Source: Victivallales bacterium (GTDB taxonomy: Bacteria; Verrucomicrobiota; Lentisphaeria; Victivallales; G963678815). From it: DNA of 64,000 bases. Where the stretch lies: the NCBI GenBank assembly GCA_963678815.1, contig OY787460.1, forward strand, positions 7,031,503-7,095,502, in the 5' to 3' direction. This document shows, one piece after another, positions 10,933-20,804 of the stretch; position 1 is the stretch's first letter, and the number at the start of each line of letters is the position of its first letter. The position numbers were made by a program, and so were the translations under genes. The notes beneath the pieces were generated by a model that saw nothing but the letters and a program-made list of their open reading frames with translations, was not told the DNA's origin and searched no databases.

Positions 10933-11664
10933 TTATTTTTCCGTCCAATCGTTGTTGAACAGAGCCTTGCCTATCCAGTTGTAAGAAGAAACGTGTCCGT
11001 CCTTAAACAGAAAATTAGCGGTTCTGTTATGGATCCAGGAAGGAGCTGACCGATGGTTAATTCTCAGCGTGTTGAATGGATAGAGCATTTTACATGTGTT
11101 CATAACACCACCCGACGGAGCATAATAATTCATCTCACCGAGAATCGGGGTCCCGTTAATAATGTAATTATATTTTCTGTAAGTTAAAGCGCCACTGATA
11201 CCATTATAAAACCATCCCCCCAGCCGGTCATCATTGTCGGTAAGCCCGGTGGTAACATAATTTGAGGCATAATATTCTCCTTCCGGGTCTCCGTTCCATA
11301 CCGGTGAATCACTGGCCTTTGACCCAATTGACGGACACCAGTATAAACCTACCGGAGATGCTCCCAGGGAACTTGAACCGCTATACCTGACCAGTTCCTG
11401 ATTCAAATATTCGTTTACATAATTAACATAACAGCAATTCGCATTAGTCGGGGGCATCCAATTGTTTGAATCGTCCACATAAAAATAGATACCGGAAAAA
11501 ATTTGTTTCATGTTGTTGCCGCAAGTTGATTTTTTTGCCTGTTCCCTGGCCTGTTTCAGCGCCGGCAGCAGCATTGCCGCAAGTATGGAAATGATCGCGA
11601 TCACGACCAACAGCTCGATAAGCGTGAAACTACTTTTCCGGTATTGTCCATGTCGTCGAGTCAT
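10933..11664 (-). CDS. Prepilin-type/DUF1559 (H-X9-DG) pseudopilin-like protein
   Basis: '[36 protein letters not shown]' ... 'FKDGHVSS'. It is a paralog of 7512..8255. Confidence 0.85.
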   Translation of the reverse strand: MTRRHGQYRKSSFTLIELLVVIAIISILAAMLLPALKQAREQAKKSTCGNNMKQIFSGIYFYVDDSNNWMPPTNANCCYVNYVNEYLNQELVRYSGSSSLGASPVGLYWCPSIGSKASDSPVWNGDPEGEYYASNYVTTGLTDNDDRLGGWFYNGISGALTYRKYNYIINGTPILGEMNYYAPSGGVMNTCKMLYPFNTLRINHRSAPSWIHNRTANFLFKDGHVSSYNWIGKALFNNDWTEK

Positions 11665-11688
11665 CTCATATCCCTTTTGGATTTTTTA

Positions 11689-14600
11689 CTATTTGAATAT
11701 AACCTTTCCCCAGGTATCCGGACACCTATTGACTCCCTGATCACCATGCCAGACCAAACGTTTTTTAATATTTACATTACCATCACGATCGTTCATGATG
11801 AAAGTAAAACCAATCTGTTTGTCTTTTCCGGGGATGAATGGACAGCGGGTATTAAGGCTCTTCCAAGGAATCGCGCCCTCAATTATGTATCCGTCTTTCA
11901 AATGCTTTGAAATCACATTAGTTCCGCCGTCACCGCCAAGGTATTTCCACCCGATTGCCGCGCTATTGCTTTTCATGGTTTTCGGTACAACAGTTGCATG
12001 GAAATCGTCGTTGCTCATCCGGTATCCCGCCACTTTTTTTGCGGATTTATCATCGGCGAAATCAAAATTGAAAAATAGTTCAATGGCGTCACCGTTCCAC
12101 AGCATTTTCATCCCTTTTGCGGTATTGTCGATTTTATCATCGAATACCCGGATCGCGAAATACAAAAAATTTTTGTCCCAGCCAAGAGCCAATCTGCACG
12201 ATCCGTCCCGAACGCCTTTCCAGTGCCGGTCGCCGCGCGAATCGGTTATCCATGTCGCCGGGGAATTCCGCCACTCGGACAAATTGCCATCGATTTTCAC
12301 CGGTTTTCCAATTCGGTTTTCAGCAACGGCAATGCCGCTTTTATCGAGCATTTCCCTGATTTGCCCGATAGTTTTCACGGAAAGAATCCTGGCGGAAACC
12401 TTTTCCGTTTGATTCTCGGATTTTACGTTTGCAATGATCTCCCCGCCATTTGCCAGCGGAGCAAATTTCAAAGCGCCCAAGGCCACTGTTATGCTCTTTC
12501 CGGCGGCAAGCTGCCTGATTTTCCGCTGTTTATCCGGGCATGACCACTTTGAGGGCAGGGACACGATGGCTAAATCGGCATCCAACGGATTCTTCGTAAG
12601 GTTTTTCACGGTTACAGTCAATTGCGGAGCGTTGCTTTTCCAAGTAAGTCCCGCCGAAGCGTCAAACTGCCTTGCCCCGGGGAAATCAGCTTTCTTCAGA
12701 AGCGCCCTTGCCTTTTCCGGGGAAAGGTCCGGCAGCACCAGATATTTCGGCGCTCCCTCAAGACCAACCTGGAGAATGCCGTTTTTGTCAGGCTGGATAC
12801 TAATTGGTTCACCGAAATAATTGTACAACCTGAACTTAACTCCTTTCAGCGGAATTTCGGCAACGCCTTTGTTTTTCCAGTTCCAGAGGGCCGCCACCGT
12901 GCCGCCGTATGAAGCAAACAGCGAACAACGGTTGAATTCACCCCAGTCAACCACGCCGGCGCCGCGCATATTTGGATCGAGCAGGGAAGTAAAGCCGTTC
13001 ACGGCGATCACTTCCGGACGCGGAGCCATGTCAACTTCAAAATAATTCGGACCGTGCATATAAGTACGGAAAGATATATAACTTATGTATGTTTTATTCG
13101 GCAGTTTGCAATGCCAGAAAAACGGACCGTTGCCAACGCTTGAAGTGATGATGCCTTCGCGAATGAAATATTCCCCTTTATCCTTAAATGCAGGAATTCT
13201 GCGTCCCTGATGATAATGCTGGATGGGAGGCACGTTGAATTTGTGTCCGGAATATCCGCTGGTAACGGAACCGGAATTTTTTTCCGTATTCCACACTTCA
13301 ATTTTCTTTCCGTGTTTGGCGCAGATGTCTTTTATCATATTGTATATCTTATCTTCACCGCCGTGATGGATTTCCGGAGGCTGATCGCCATACAGATGGA
13401 TCGAGACAATATCCAGGTATTTCCAGCCACCAAGTTCCAGCACCTTTTTAGTATATGGAAGCGGTTTTCCGCCCATGTCGGCAGTGGAGCAAATCCCGAT
13501 AACCTTGCAATCAGGATTGGCTTTTTTAGCGGCTATATAAGCAATCTTGAGCAACTCAAAATATTCTTCAGGGACCATTTGGCAGTTGGATTCATTGGTT
13601 ATTTCCCAATAGGTTATTTTTCCTTTGTAACGCAAAACGGTTTCGTAGATGTATTTTTCCCATAATTTAAAATCCGGGAGATAATTTGTTCCGCGTTTAG
13701 CATGCCGCTTCTTCGATATTCTGTCCGATATCCACCAGCACTTTACCTTGCCATACTTCGCAGTGAAGTCTTTCTTCGCGTATCCCATTTCCAGGATCGG
13801 CATCAGGTTGATTCCAGCCTTATCGGCCAGTTCAAGGTATTTATCCGCCAGTTCAAAATCCATTTTTTTCATATCCGGTTTCGGCATCAGGAGTTTGAAA
13901 TACCAGCCGAAGAAACAACGCATCCACCCAAACCCGAGCTGGCGGAACAAAACGTCCTCGCCACAGATTTCATGGGCGCCGAACGGCCAGTGCGGTGATA
14001 CCTTCACCAGCTTCTGCGGCTTGAACACTCCCCAGATGGCCTCTTCTTTTTCGCCCCAGGATGTCGTGAAATGGGCGCGATAGTATCCCCGGGGAAGTTT
14101 CCCGAGATCAAGCTTTTGCGTGCTGTTGCCCTTTGCCGGAATAGCCTTTATGGCGATTTCACCCTTGCGGACAGGCTTTTCCCAGTAATCTTTCACCACA
14201 TATGAAAGTTTTCCGCTTTCCGGCTTGTCGCCGTTGTTCCGGAAATACAAATTCAAAATTGACGGTTCGCCTGCTTTTACCAGGCGGAAATTGTTCGGCA
14301 CTATCGCCCCCAGTTCCATTCTTGCCGCGGGAGCATAGTCAGTCAGCTTGCCTTCTTCGAGCTGAATTCCGTCTATCCAGAAAGACGCGTCGCGCCCTTT
14401 CAGGTTGGTGATACGGATCGGGCAATGCCCCATGAAGGTGAATTTTTTCGGCGCAAAGCTGAATGAATAGCGTTTCCAGTCCTTAGTCAGGAAAAAGTTT
14501 TTCCTAATCTGCTCACCCCTGGACCCGACAATTACGGATACACCCGCTTGGGGTTTTACCGATTTCATCCACACGGACAGCGTATAGGTTTTGCCCAGTT

Positions 14601-15639
14601 CCAGCTTAACCGGATTGAACACTACGCCGGCCCTGGCTGGTATATGCACGTAAAGGCTTTGGTTTCCATCCTTTGCCGTGTCACTTACAATTTCAGGGTC
14701 CGGATACGGTTTAAATCGCTCAAAAGGAGCGCGGTGGCAGTACCGGTTATAAGAACAAAATCCATCGAACGGACCCGTTTCAAAACTTGATCCCTGATTT
14801 ATCAGGTTGCCTTTTTTAACCGGTCTCGTTTTTGGCCTGGATGCCGTAAGAATGTCTTTAACGCTGGGAAGTTTTTCTTCCGGACTGAGTAAAATCGCGA
14901 AATACTTGGCGTCATGGCCTTTCATTGGCGCTCTCAGCTCAAACACGGAATCGATTTTTTTGATTTCCGGCATGTTCCTCTTGCTTTTATACTGGGAAAA
15001 TACCTTATTTTTGAAACCGTCCAGAAAAACCATGCCCAGGTCAATATCGTCCGTAAGCGATATTCTCAGCGTATTTACTGAATTTTTCGGATCTTTCAGA
15101 AAACGTCCGGTTCTGATGGTTTCCGGGAGAGTGAGTGTTTTATTTCCCCAGGTGAGTTTTCTGCCCTTGAGCATGTCGCCATTGAAAAACCATGAGACAT
15201 AAGCTGATTTGGCTTCCCGGTTGAAACAGTCCTGATTAAGTTTTATGTTAATCAGAATTCCGCCCATGGATTCTTTTGCCGTCCTTGAATAACCGATTGC
15301 GGAATTGGGAATTGCCCCCTGGTCGGTAACTGATCCTGCCGCAAGGTCGATGCTTTCCTCTATTCTCATTTCCCTGCCAAGTTTCCCGAGGGAGGGTCGA
15401 AAAACCGGCCCGCAGAATCCCGCCACCCATTTGAGGTTGAATTCCAGCCGGAACCGCTGGGTGTATGCCGCTTTGTTTTGTTTCAGCCAGCGGTAAAAAA
15501 GGATTTTGCCGCTATCGGCGGTAAAATTTCCTTTTCCGGTGAGCTTGAGTTGCAGTTTTTCGTCCGATCCGGCATACGCCAGAACTGAAATAATCGCGGT
15601 TGCGATTACCACACCCAGCATGAAACCTTTTTTTATCAT
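11689..15639 (-). CDS. Large secreted glycoside hydrolase of clan GH-A (TIM barrel) with a C-terminal CBM9-like carbohydrate-binding domain
   Basis: It has a signal peptide (MIKKGFMLGVVIATAIISVLAYAGS). 'ITYWEITNESN' is a clan GH-A acid/base NE motif. The C-terminal 'DGNLSEWRNSPATWITD...LALGWDKNFLYFAIRVFDD' is CBM9/DOMON-like. It is 1316 aa. Confidence 0.5.
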   Translation of the reverse strand: MIKKGFMLGVVIATAIISVLAYAGSDEKLQLKLTGKGNFTADSGKILFYRWLKQNKAAYTQRFRLEFNLKWVAGFCGPVFRPSLGKLGREMRIEESIDLAAGSVTDQGAIPNSAIGYSRTAKESMGGILINIKLNQDCFNREAKSAYVSWFFNGDMLKGRKLTWGNKTLTLPETIRTGRFLKDPKNSVNTLRISLTDDIDLGMVFLDGFKNKVFSQYKSKRNMPEIKKIDSVFELRAPMKGHDAKYFAILLSPEEKLPSVKDILTASRPKTRPVKKGNLINQGSSFETGPFDGFCSYNRYCHRAPFERFKPYPDPEIVSDTAKDGNQSLYVHIPARAGVVFNPVKLELGKTYTLSVWMKSVKPQAGVSVIVGSRGEQIRKNFFLTKDWKRYSFSFAPKKFTFMGHCPIRITNLKGRDASFWIDGIQLEEGKLTDYAPAARMELGAIVPNNFRLVKAGEPSILNLYFRNNGDKPESGKLSYVVKDYWEKPVRKGEIAIKAIPAKGNSTQKLDLGKLPRGYYRAHFTTSWGEKEEAIWGVFKPQKLVKVSPHWPFGAHEICGEDVLFRQLGFGWMRCFFGWYFKLLMPKPDMKKMDFELADKYLELADKAGINLMPILEMGYAKKDFTAKYGKVKCWWISDRISKKRHAKRGTNYLPDFKLWEKYIYETVLRYKGKITYWEITNESNCQMVPEEYFELLKIAYIAAKKANPDCKVIGICSTADMGGKPLPYTKKVLELGGWKYLDIVSIHLYGDQPPEIHHGGEDKIYNMIKDICAKHGKKIEVWNTEKNSGSVTSGYSGHKFNVPPIQHYHQGRRIPAFKDKGEYFIREGIITSSVGNGPFFWHCKLPNKTYISYISFRTYMHGPNYFEVDMAPRPEVIAVNGFTSLLDPNMRGAGVVDWGEFNRCSLFASYGGTVAALWNWKNKGVAEIPLKGVKFRLYNYFGEPISIQPDKNGILQVGLEGAPKYLVLPDLSPEKARALLKKADFPGARQFDASAGLTWKSNAPQLTVTVKNLTKNPLDADLAIVSLPSKWSCPDKQRKIRQLAAGKSITVALGALKFAPLANGGEIIANVKSENQTEKVSARILSVKTIGQIREMLDKSGIAVAENRIGKPVKIDGNLSEWRNSPATWITDSRGDRHWKGVRDGSCRLALGWDKNFLYFAIRVFDDKIDNTAKGMKMLWNGDAIELFFNFDFADDKSAKKVAGYRMSNDDFHATVVPKTMKSNSAAIGWKYLGGDGGTNVISKHLKDGYIIEGAIPWKSLNTRCPFIPGKDKQIGFTFIMNDRDGNVNIKKRLVWHGDQGVNRCPDTWGKVIFK

Positions 15640-15654
15640 ATATTCTCCTATTGT

Positions 15655-16722
15655 TTAGTTTTTTACGAATGTCGGTTTTATATTTTTCCTGAATGTTTTT
15701 TTCACTTTTTTAAGCATTTTTCTCATAATGCCGGAAGCCGCATTCGCGGCAATTTGTTCCCATTTGCAGTCGATAACCGCGACTCCGGGCTTATTCTCAA
15801 TTTCAGACGGATAATTTTTTCGCCGGACAAGCAGATAATCTTCGCCCGGAATCCCCCCGGTCCGTTCGAGTTCCACGTAAACGGAGTCGGCCATTCTGTT
15901 TTCCGCGTATATTCCCCTGAATCCTTTTTTATACAATTCCGGAAGAAACTTCAGGTCGAAAGATTTTGTCGAAAAAAACCGGACGCGCCCATCGGAATCC
16001 AACGAGTGGTCTTTATAAGCCTGCAGTACACCTTTATAGAAGTCTCCTTCCGCACAATGCCTGTTAATAATTATGGTTTTATCAAAGCCTTTATCCAGCA
16101 ATCTGTCCGCGGCAATTCGTCCTTCCTCGAACAGATTGATCACGCAGTAATTAACCCCTTTGGGAATTTCGTTTAAACCCATCTCCAAGGAAATTCCGCC
16201 TTCTCCAACGCTATCTATGATATTACCCGTTACCACGATGGGAACGCCACTTTTTTTCATTTGCGGCAACACGGAAATGAGGGGATTAAGCCATAAAATT
16301 CCGTCAATCTTCAAGTCTTGACATTCATCTTCAAACGATCCGGTAACACCAAATCCGTGCAGAATAATCGAATACATGCCCTGCATGCTGATTTTTTTCA
16401 GCGCTCCCGCAAGAAACATCGACGCATAATAATCCACATGCACCACCCGGTTGTCATACATGGCAATACCAATGACTTTCTGATCTGCACGGGAACCCGG
16501 CACTTCCTGTTTGATAAAGACTCCTACTCCTTTGCGCGATACCAGTACATCAGTGTCAAGCAAATCCTTGATCGCGGCGCGGACGGTTATACGACTGACG
16601 TCAAATTTTTCACAAAGCTGTTTTTCAGAAGGAATTTTGTCTCCGGCCCGTCCTACTTGGACCGTACGGACAAGATAGCGCCTGACGCGCATGTAAAGTG
16701 GGTCCATAATCATTGTCGGCAT
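15655..16722 (-). CDS. Transcriptional regulator with a GntR-family winged-HTH N-terminus and a LacI/periplasmic-binding-protein-type sugar-binding domain
   Basis: The N-terminus is 'IPSEKQLCEKFDVSRITVRAAIKDLLDTDVLVSRKGVGVFIK'. The C-terminal roughly 270 aa resemble a PBP-type I sugar-binding fold. It is a paralog of 53493..54605. Confidence 0.65.
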   Translation of the reverse strand: MPTMIMDPLYMRVRRYLVRTVQVGRAGDKIPSEKQLCEKFDVSRITVRAAIKDLLDTDVLVSRKGVGVFIKQEVPGSRADQKVIGIAMYDNRVVHVDYYASMFLAGALKKISMQGMYSIILHGFGVTGSFEDECQDLKIDGILWLNPLISVLPQMKKSGVPIVVTGNIIDSVGEGGISLEMGLNEIPKGVNYCVINLFEEGRIAADRLLDKGFDKTIIINRHCAEGDFYKGVLQAYKDHSLDSDGRVRFFSTKSFDLKFLPELYKKGFRGIYAENRMADSVYVELERTGGIPGEDYLLVRRKNYPSEIENKPGVAVIDCKWEQIAANAASGIMRKMLKKVKKTFRKNIKPTFVKN

Positions 16723-16731
16723 CCCCTCCAG

Positions 16732-16780
16732 CCTGTTATATCCTGTTATATATAATCAATAATACAGGATATTACAGGAT
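16732..16780. promoter_or_regulatory. Candidate operator. Two direct copies of ATCCTGTTATA are followed by two inverted copies of TACAGGAT, in the divergent promoter region between the GntR/LacI regulator and the sulfotransferase-like gene.
   Basis: Sequence cctgttata-tcctgttata-tataatcaataa-tacaggat-at-tacaggat. The GT..AC palindromic core is typical of GntR-family operators. It sits 10-60 nt upstream of the regulator start codon. Confidence 0.4.
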
Positions 16781-16973
16781 TTGTCAATAGTAATCCCGCT
16801 TTTATGTGCAAAATCTTCATAAATAATTCAGCTATTACCAGCTCCTGAATAGATGAAGCAGAGAGGAATGTATCTTCAGGGAAAGCAAAAACGTTTGCAA
16901 TACACAATATTATGTTTATTTTGGGTCAACAACATTCCTGTATTTTAAAAAATACCGCGTAATGAATTGATCA

Positions 16974-19046
16974 GTGAAAGTCATGAACATGGAACAGCAA
17001 GCCGCAGACAGCCGGATAAAAAATGGTCCCCGCCATCATGTTTTGTTCACCGGGACCGGACGCGCGGGAACAACTTTCCTGATTAAACTCCTTACTGAAC
17101 TGGGACTAGACACCGGTTTTTCCCCGAAAACTAAGGTAGATCCCAATGCCAGGGCCGGGCTTGAACGCTCAATTGATGCTTTTTCCCCATATATTGTCAA
17201 GTCTCCAAGGCTGGCAAAAGAAATTGAAACTATTCTCAATACCCGCAACGTGGTTCTGGATCATGTGTTCGTTCCGGTCCGAGACCTCACTGCGGCGGCA
17301 AAAAGCCGGATTGAAACCACACGAAGTTATTTAAACGATCCCAATACCGCGAAATATGTGCCCGTGGATAAAATTCCCGGCGGATTGACGGGAACAGATG
17401 ATCCCGGCAAACAGGAAACTGTTTTGCTGAAACGGATTTATAACATGATAGAGCAATTGGCTAAAACTGATATCAATGTAACCTTTCTCCATTATCCCAG
17501 GCTGGTTACCGACGTTGATTACCTTTACGCCAAACTTAAACCCATCCTGCAAGATATCTCCCCTGCCGTTTTCAGAAAAACTTTCCATGCGATAGTCGAC
17601 CCGAAGCTGGTTCACTCTTATACCTCGAATGACAACTGGCAGGCGGAAAGTAAAATCGACTTTCCTGTTAACCAAAGCAACAATGAAAGTTGCATTTCCT
17701 CAGAAGAACTTACCGCCACACTGTTTTACGACACCGGCAATGGTTTCAGCGAGGAAGAAAAACTTACATGTAAATATGCGAAAAACGGCTTCCTCCAGTT
17801 TGACTTGTCGAAAATAAAAAATATCAAAAGGCTTCGGCTGGATCCCTGCGAAGCTCCGATGGCCTTGAACTTTATCAGCGCAACCGGAAAATACGGGGAT
17901 AGAATGGAAGACCTCAAAGTATCCGAAATCAACAGTATTAATAATATTAAGGAAAATGATTGGCTGTTTGATAGTTGCGACCCGCAGATACTGTTTGATG
18001 AGCCGGCAGGGGATATTGATGCTCTCACGGTTAAAATGCAAATTATCTGCATCGGGGAACGTATCAGTTCATGGCTGCTGCCGTATAAAATTGAACAACT
18101 GGAATTTCTCCGCCGCAAGTTCGGGCTTAAAGATTTCCAAAATGACTGGAAGGCTTATCAGCAACTGGTAAATAACAATAATACTGATTCTGACGATCAG
18201 GAACAATCAGGAAAACTCAGCAAAATTGTTAAAATGTTTCTGTCTATACTGAAAATGTGTATCAAAAATCCAGGGATTGCGCTGAAGCTTCTTTCGTGGC
18301 GCAGAATGAAATTCGCCGCACTCACACTTGCCGGAAAACATGAGTCTCCGGACAAATTGATTGAGCGATATCAGAATGTCTTCGGCGAATCCCCCCGGGA
18401 TAACAATCATTTAGACAATCTGGCGGCTTCCGCAAGATCACTCAAAGGTGATGTTTTAATATTTCCGGAGAATAACTGGAATTTCAGGATGCGGCGCCCG
18501 CAACATATCGCTTCCGGACTGGGCAAGGCAGGTTTCCGGGTATTTTACTTTTCTCCTGAACCGCTGACGGGAAACGAACAGGGACGTTTCAAAATAACCC
18601 TTCATGCCGATGATCGGGTTTTCGTTTGCAAATTGAATGCCGGGAACGGAATCTTTCAAAACATCACCAGGAAGGAAATGAATCCTGAAATGTTAAAAGA
18701 GTACCAGACATCCATGCAGTCCCTGTTCTGCCGTTTTAATATTCAAAAAACTTTTTCAATCCTGAACCACCCTTTCTGGAAACCCTTGGCCGACGCCTTG
18801 CCGGACAACATTACCGGCTATGACTGCTGCCATATTGGGTCAGAAAACTTTTCGGCTTCGGAGAAACAACTCATCCGCGACGCCGATTTTGCCGTTGCGG
18901 CTTCAGAAAATATCAGGAAGAAAATTTCCGCAATCCGGGACTGCACTCTGATTCCCAATGCATCAAGCAACAACTGGTCTCCCTGCACCCGGCAACTCAT
19001 AAAAGCCATGTCGGTATCATTGTTGATTATCAACAAACGCAAGTGA
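16974..19046 (+). CDS. Multidomain protein with an N-terminal sulfotransferase-like P-loop (5'-PSB-like 'GTGRAGTTFL') and a C-terminal glycosyltransferase-like region. Function uncertain.
   Basis: 'HHVLFTGTGRAGTTFLIKLL' resembles the sulfotransferase 5'-PSB motif. It is 690 aa. Confidence 0.35.
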   Translation: MKVMNMEQQAADSRIKNGPRHHVLFTGTGRAGTTFLIKLLTELGLDTGFSPKTKVDPNARAGLERSIDAFSPYIVKSPRLAKEIETILNTRNVVLDHVFVPVRDLTAAAKSRIETTRSYLNDPNTAKYVPVDKIPGGLTGTDDPGKQETVLLKRIYNMIEQLAKTDINVTFLHYPRLVTDVDYLYAKLKPILQDISPAVFRKTFHAIVDPKLVHSYTSNDNWQAESKIDFPVNQSNNESCISSEELTATLFYDTGNGFSEEEKLTCKYAKNGFLQFDLSKIKNIKRLRLDPCEAPMALNFISATGKYGDRMEDLKVSEINSINNIKENDWLFDSCDPQILFDEPAGDIDALTVKMQIICIGERISSWLLPYKIEQLEFLRRKFGLKDFQNDWKAYQQLVNNNNTDSDDQEQSGKLSKIVKMFLSILKMCIKNPGIALKLLSWRRMKFAALTLAGKHESPDKLIERYQNVFGESPRDNNHLDNLAASARSLKGDVLIFPENNWNFRMRRPQHIASGLGKAGFRVFYFSPEPLTGNEQGRFKITLHADDRVFVCKLNAGNGIFQNITRKEMNPEMLKEYQTSMQSLFCRFNIQKTFSILNHPFWKPLADALPDNITGYDCCHIGSENFSASEKQLIRDADFAVAASENIRKKISAIRDCTLIPNASSNNWSPCTRQLIKAMSVSLLIINKRK

Positions 19047-19394
19047 ATTACGGGAGAATTTCTTTAATCTATTTCGATAGATAGTTTCATATAAATATGA
19101 TTTTAGTTTTAATTTGTAGCGTTGATGAATATTGCCACTCCAGAAGCCCGGGCGCAGTATGGTTTTATAATTCAATAAATTATAAACAACTGCGGCCAGA
19201 TAAAAGGCTATATACTTATGGACAGGACATTTAGGCCAGGCATAAGTTTTATCTTCGGGGGGAATGATATTCGCGGAAAGACATGGAACAATCTCTGTAT
19301 TTTCGCAATTTCCACAGGTAACCGTCTTCCCGGCGAATTCAGCATCTGATTCAAGCATGTATTCACAATTTGAACAATAATACTCTATTTTCAT
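19017..19394 (-). CDS. Small zinc-ribbon protein with a C-terminal hydrophobic segment. It is the last gene of the HD-GYP-like operon.
   Basis: CSNC...CGNC zinc-ribbon motifs. The start ATG lies 1 nt after the upstream gene's stop codon (19395). Confidence 0.4.
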   Translation of the reverse strand: MKIEYYCSNCEYMLESDAEFAGKTVTCGNCENTEIVPCLSANIIPPEDKTYAWPKCPVHKYIAFYLAAVVYNLLNYKTILRPGFWSGNIHQRYKLKLKSYLYETIYRNRLKKFSRNSLAFVDNQQ

Positions 19395-20804
19395 TTATCT
19401 TACCTCACTTAATAAATGGAAGGATAATCCTGTTGCATCTTTAACGGATTGTATTGCGGCGACGGCTTTTTCATCGGGAACAGTTAATAATTTTCCCTCA
19501 TTCAGCGGTAAGCTATCTTGATCGGTGCACACTTTCAGCTCCAGTTTCCCTGACTGCGTCACTGAGGTTGGCTGGACTAAGGCCAGTTCCCCGCCCGTCA
19601 GTTTCACAATGCCGCCGAGGGGATATTTACCGGTCATATTAATAAAGGCATTAACGATTTGCGGTTCCAGGGTGCTGTCAGCGGAAAATTCAGCAAGAAG
19701 TTTTAAAGCGTCATGCGGTTCAATTTCAGGATTGAAAGCGAGAATCCGGTCAAAAGTATCGCAAGTTGATATTATGGAAGTAAATAAATTAATATGTCTA
19801 TTTTCCGCGAATTGAAGATGATGTTCATACGCGCAAACAACAACAAGCTTTTCGATTTGTTTGTCGGAATCGATAATTTGCGCGCTGTTCAAGTGATGCT
19901 GATCGTATATGTCGTCATCAACTTCATCGGAATATTCCTCGTTCATCAACGAACAATCATGAAGGAAGGCCGCTCTGCCCAATTCCTGAAGGCGCACGGA
20001 ATCATCTAACAGTGAAGCCCCAAGATAAATTGCTTGAATACAAACATTTACGGGATGCGTATATCTATATTGGGCAATATAGTGTAAGAAACTCATCATG
20101 AATAAATTATGGGATTTTTTCTTAACATGGTGAATGATCGAGTTAACCAGATAGTCTATTTTCCAAAGCTCAAATGAACAACTGTCCCCGGGGGCTGCCT
20201 GAAGCTCCTTGACAATATCAATTGCTACCATATAAAGCTTTTTCGCGTCAGAAATAAACCTTACTTCAAACTCGCCTTCTTCAACGGTTAAATTATCATC
20301 GTCTTCAATATGTTCCTGCAGGGATACGCATATAAAGCCTTGCGACTTTAAGTGGTCGTTGAGCTGACGCCTTTTTTCAGCTTCCGGGGCGTTACTTATT
20401 AAATCAAGCAAAGCGATAATTTCTTCCGCCGCCACGCCCTCATGGAAATCTATCCTGCTTATCTCTCTCTTTATAAACATTTTGCCAAGATGCACGGAAG
20501 CGGATGAACCATCGTGGTCTATGATAATGTCATCATAAATAAAGTGTTTGCCGTTAAAATCAAGACTGATTATTTTCCGGTCAAGCATTACCTCATGAAA
20601 TCCGTTTACCACGGATTCGGCGGAAGCCAGAACTTTCGGATGTTTGTGATTATAAAGATGTAATTGCCGCTGACACATAAAAATATCAAGCAATACCGGA
20701 GCAAGCTTCCTGCTGAGCTGCAAAGATTCCTTTGATACGGCGTCCAGTTTGTTGTTTTTGTTATTTTCCGGTTCTGGAAGTTCCTGATTAGCTGGCGCAT
20801 TCAT
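19395..20804 (-). CDS. Degenerate HD-GYP-like (HD superfamily) domain protein
   Basis: HD-type motifs are present: 'HHVKKKSH', 'AAFLHDCS' (the HD motif), 'AYEHHLQF', and 'CDTFDRILAFNPEIEPHDALKLLAEF', which matches the HD-GYP 'DvyDAL..R.Y' region. The canonical GYP is absent. It overlaps the upstream gene by 4 nt (ATGA). Confidence 0.45.
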   Translation of the reverse strand: MNAPANQELPEPENNKNNKLDAVSKESLQLSRKLAPVLLDIFMCQRQLHLYNHKHPKVLASAESVVNGFHEVMLDRKIISLDFNGKHFIYDDIIIDHDGSSASVHLGKMFIKREISRIDFHEGVAAEEIIALLDLISNAPEAEKRRQLNDHLKSQGFICVSLQEHIEDDDNLTVEEGEFEVRFISDAKKLYMVAIDIVKELQAAPGDSCSFELWKIDYLVNSIIHHVKKKSHNLFMMSFLHYIAQYRYTHPVNVCIQAIYLGASLLDDSVRLQELGRAAFLHDCSLMNEEYSDEVDDDIYDQHHLNSAQIIDSDKQIEKLVVVCAYEHHLQFAENRHINLFTSIISTCDTFDRILAFNPEIEPHDALKLLAEFSADSTLEPQIVNAFINMTGKYPLGGIVKLTGGELALVQPTSVTQSGKLELKVCTDQDSLPLNEGKLLTVPDEKAVAAIQSVKDATGLSFHLLSEVR

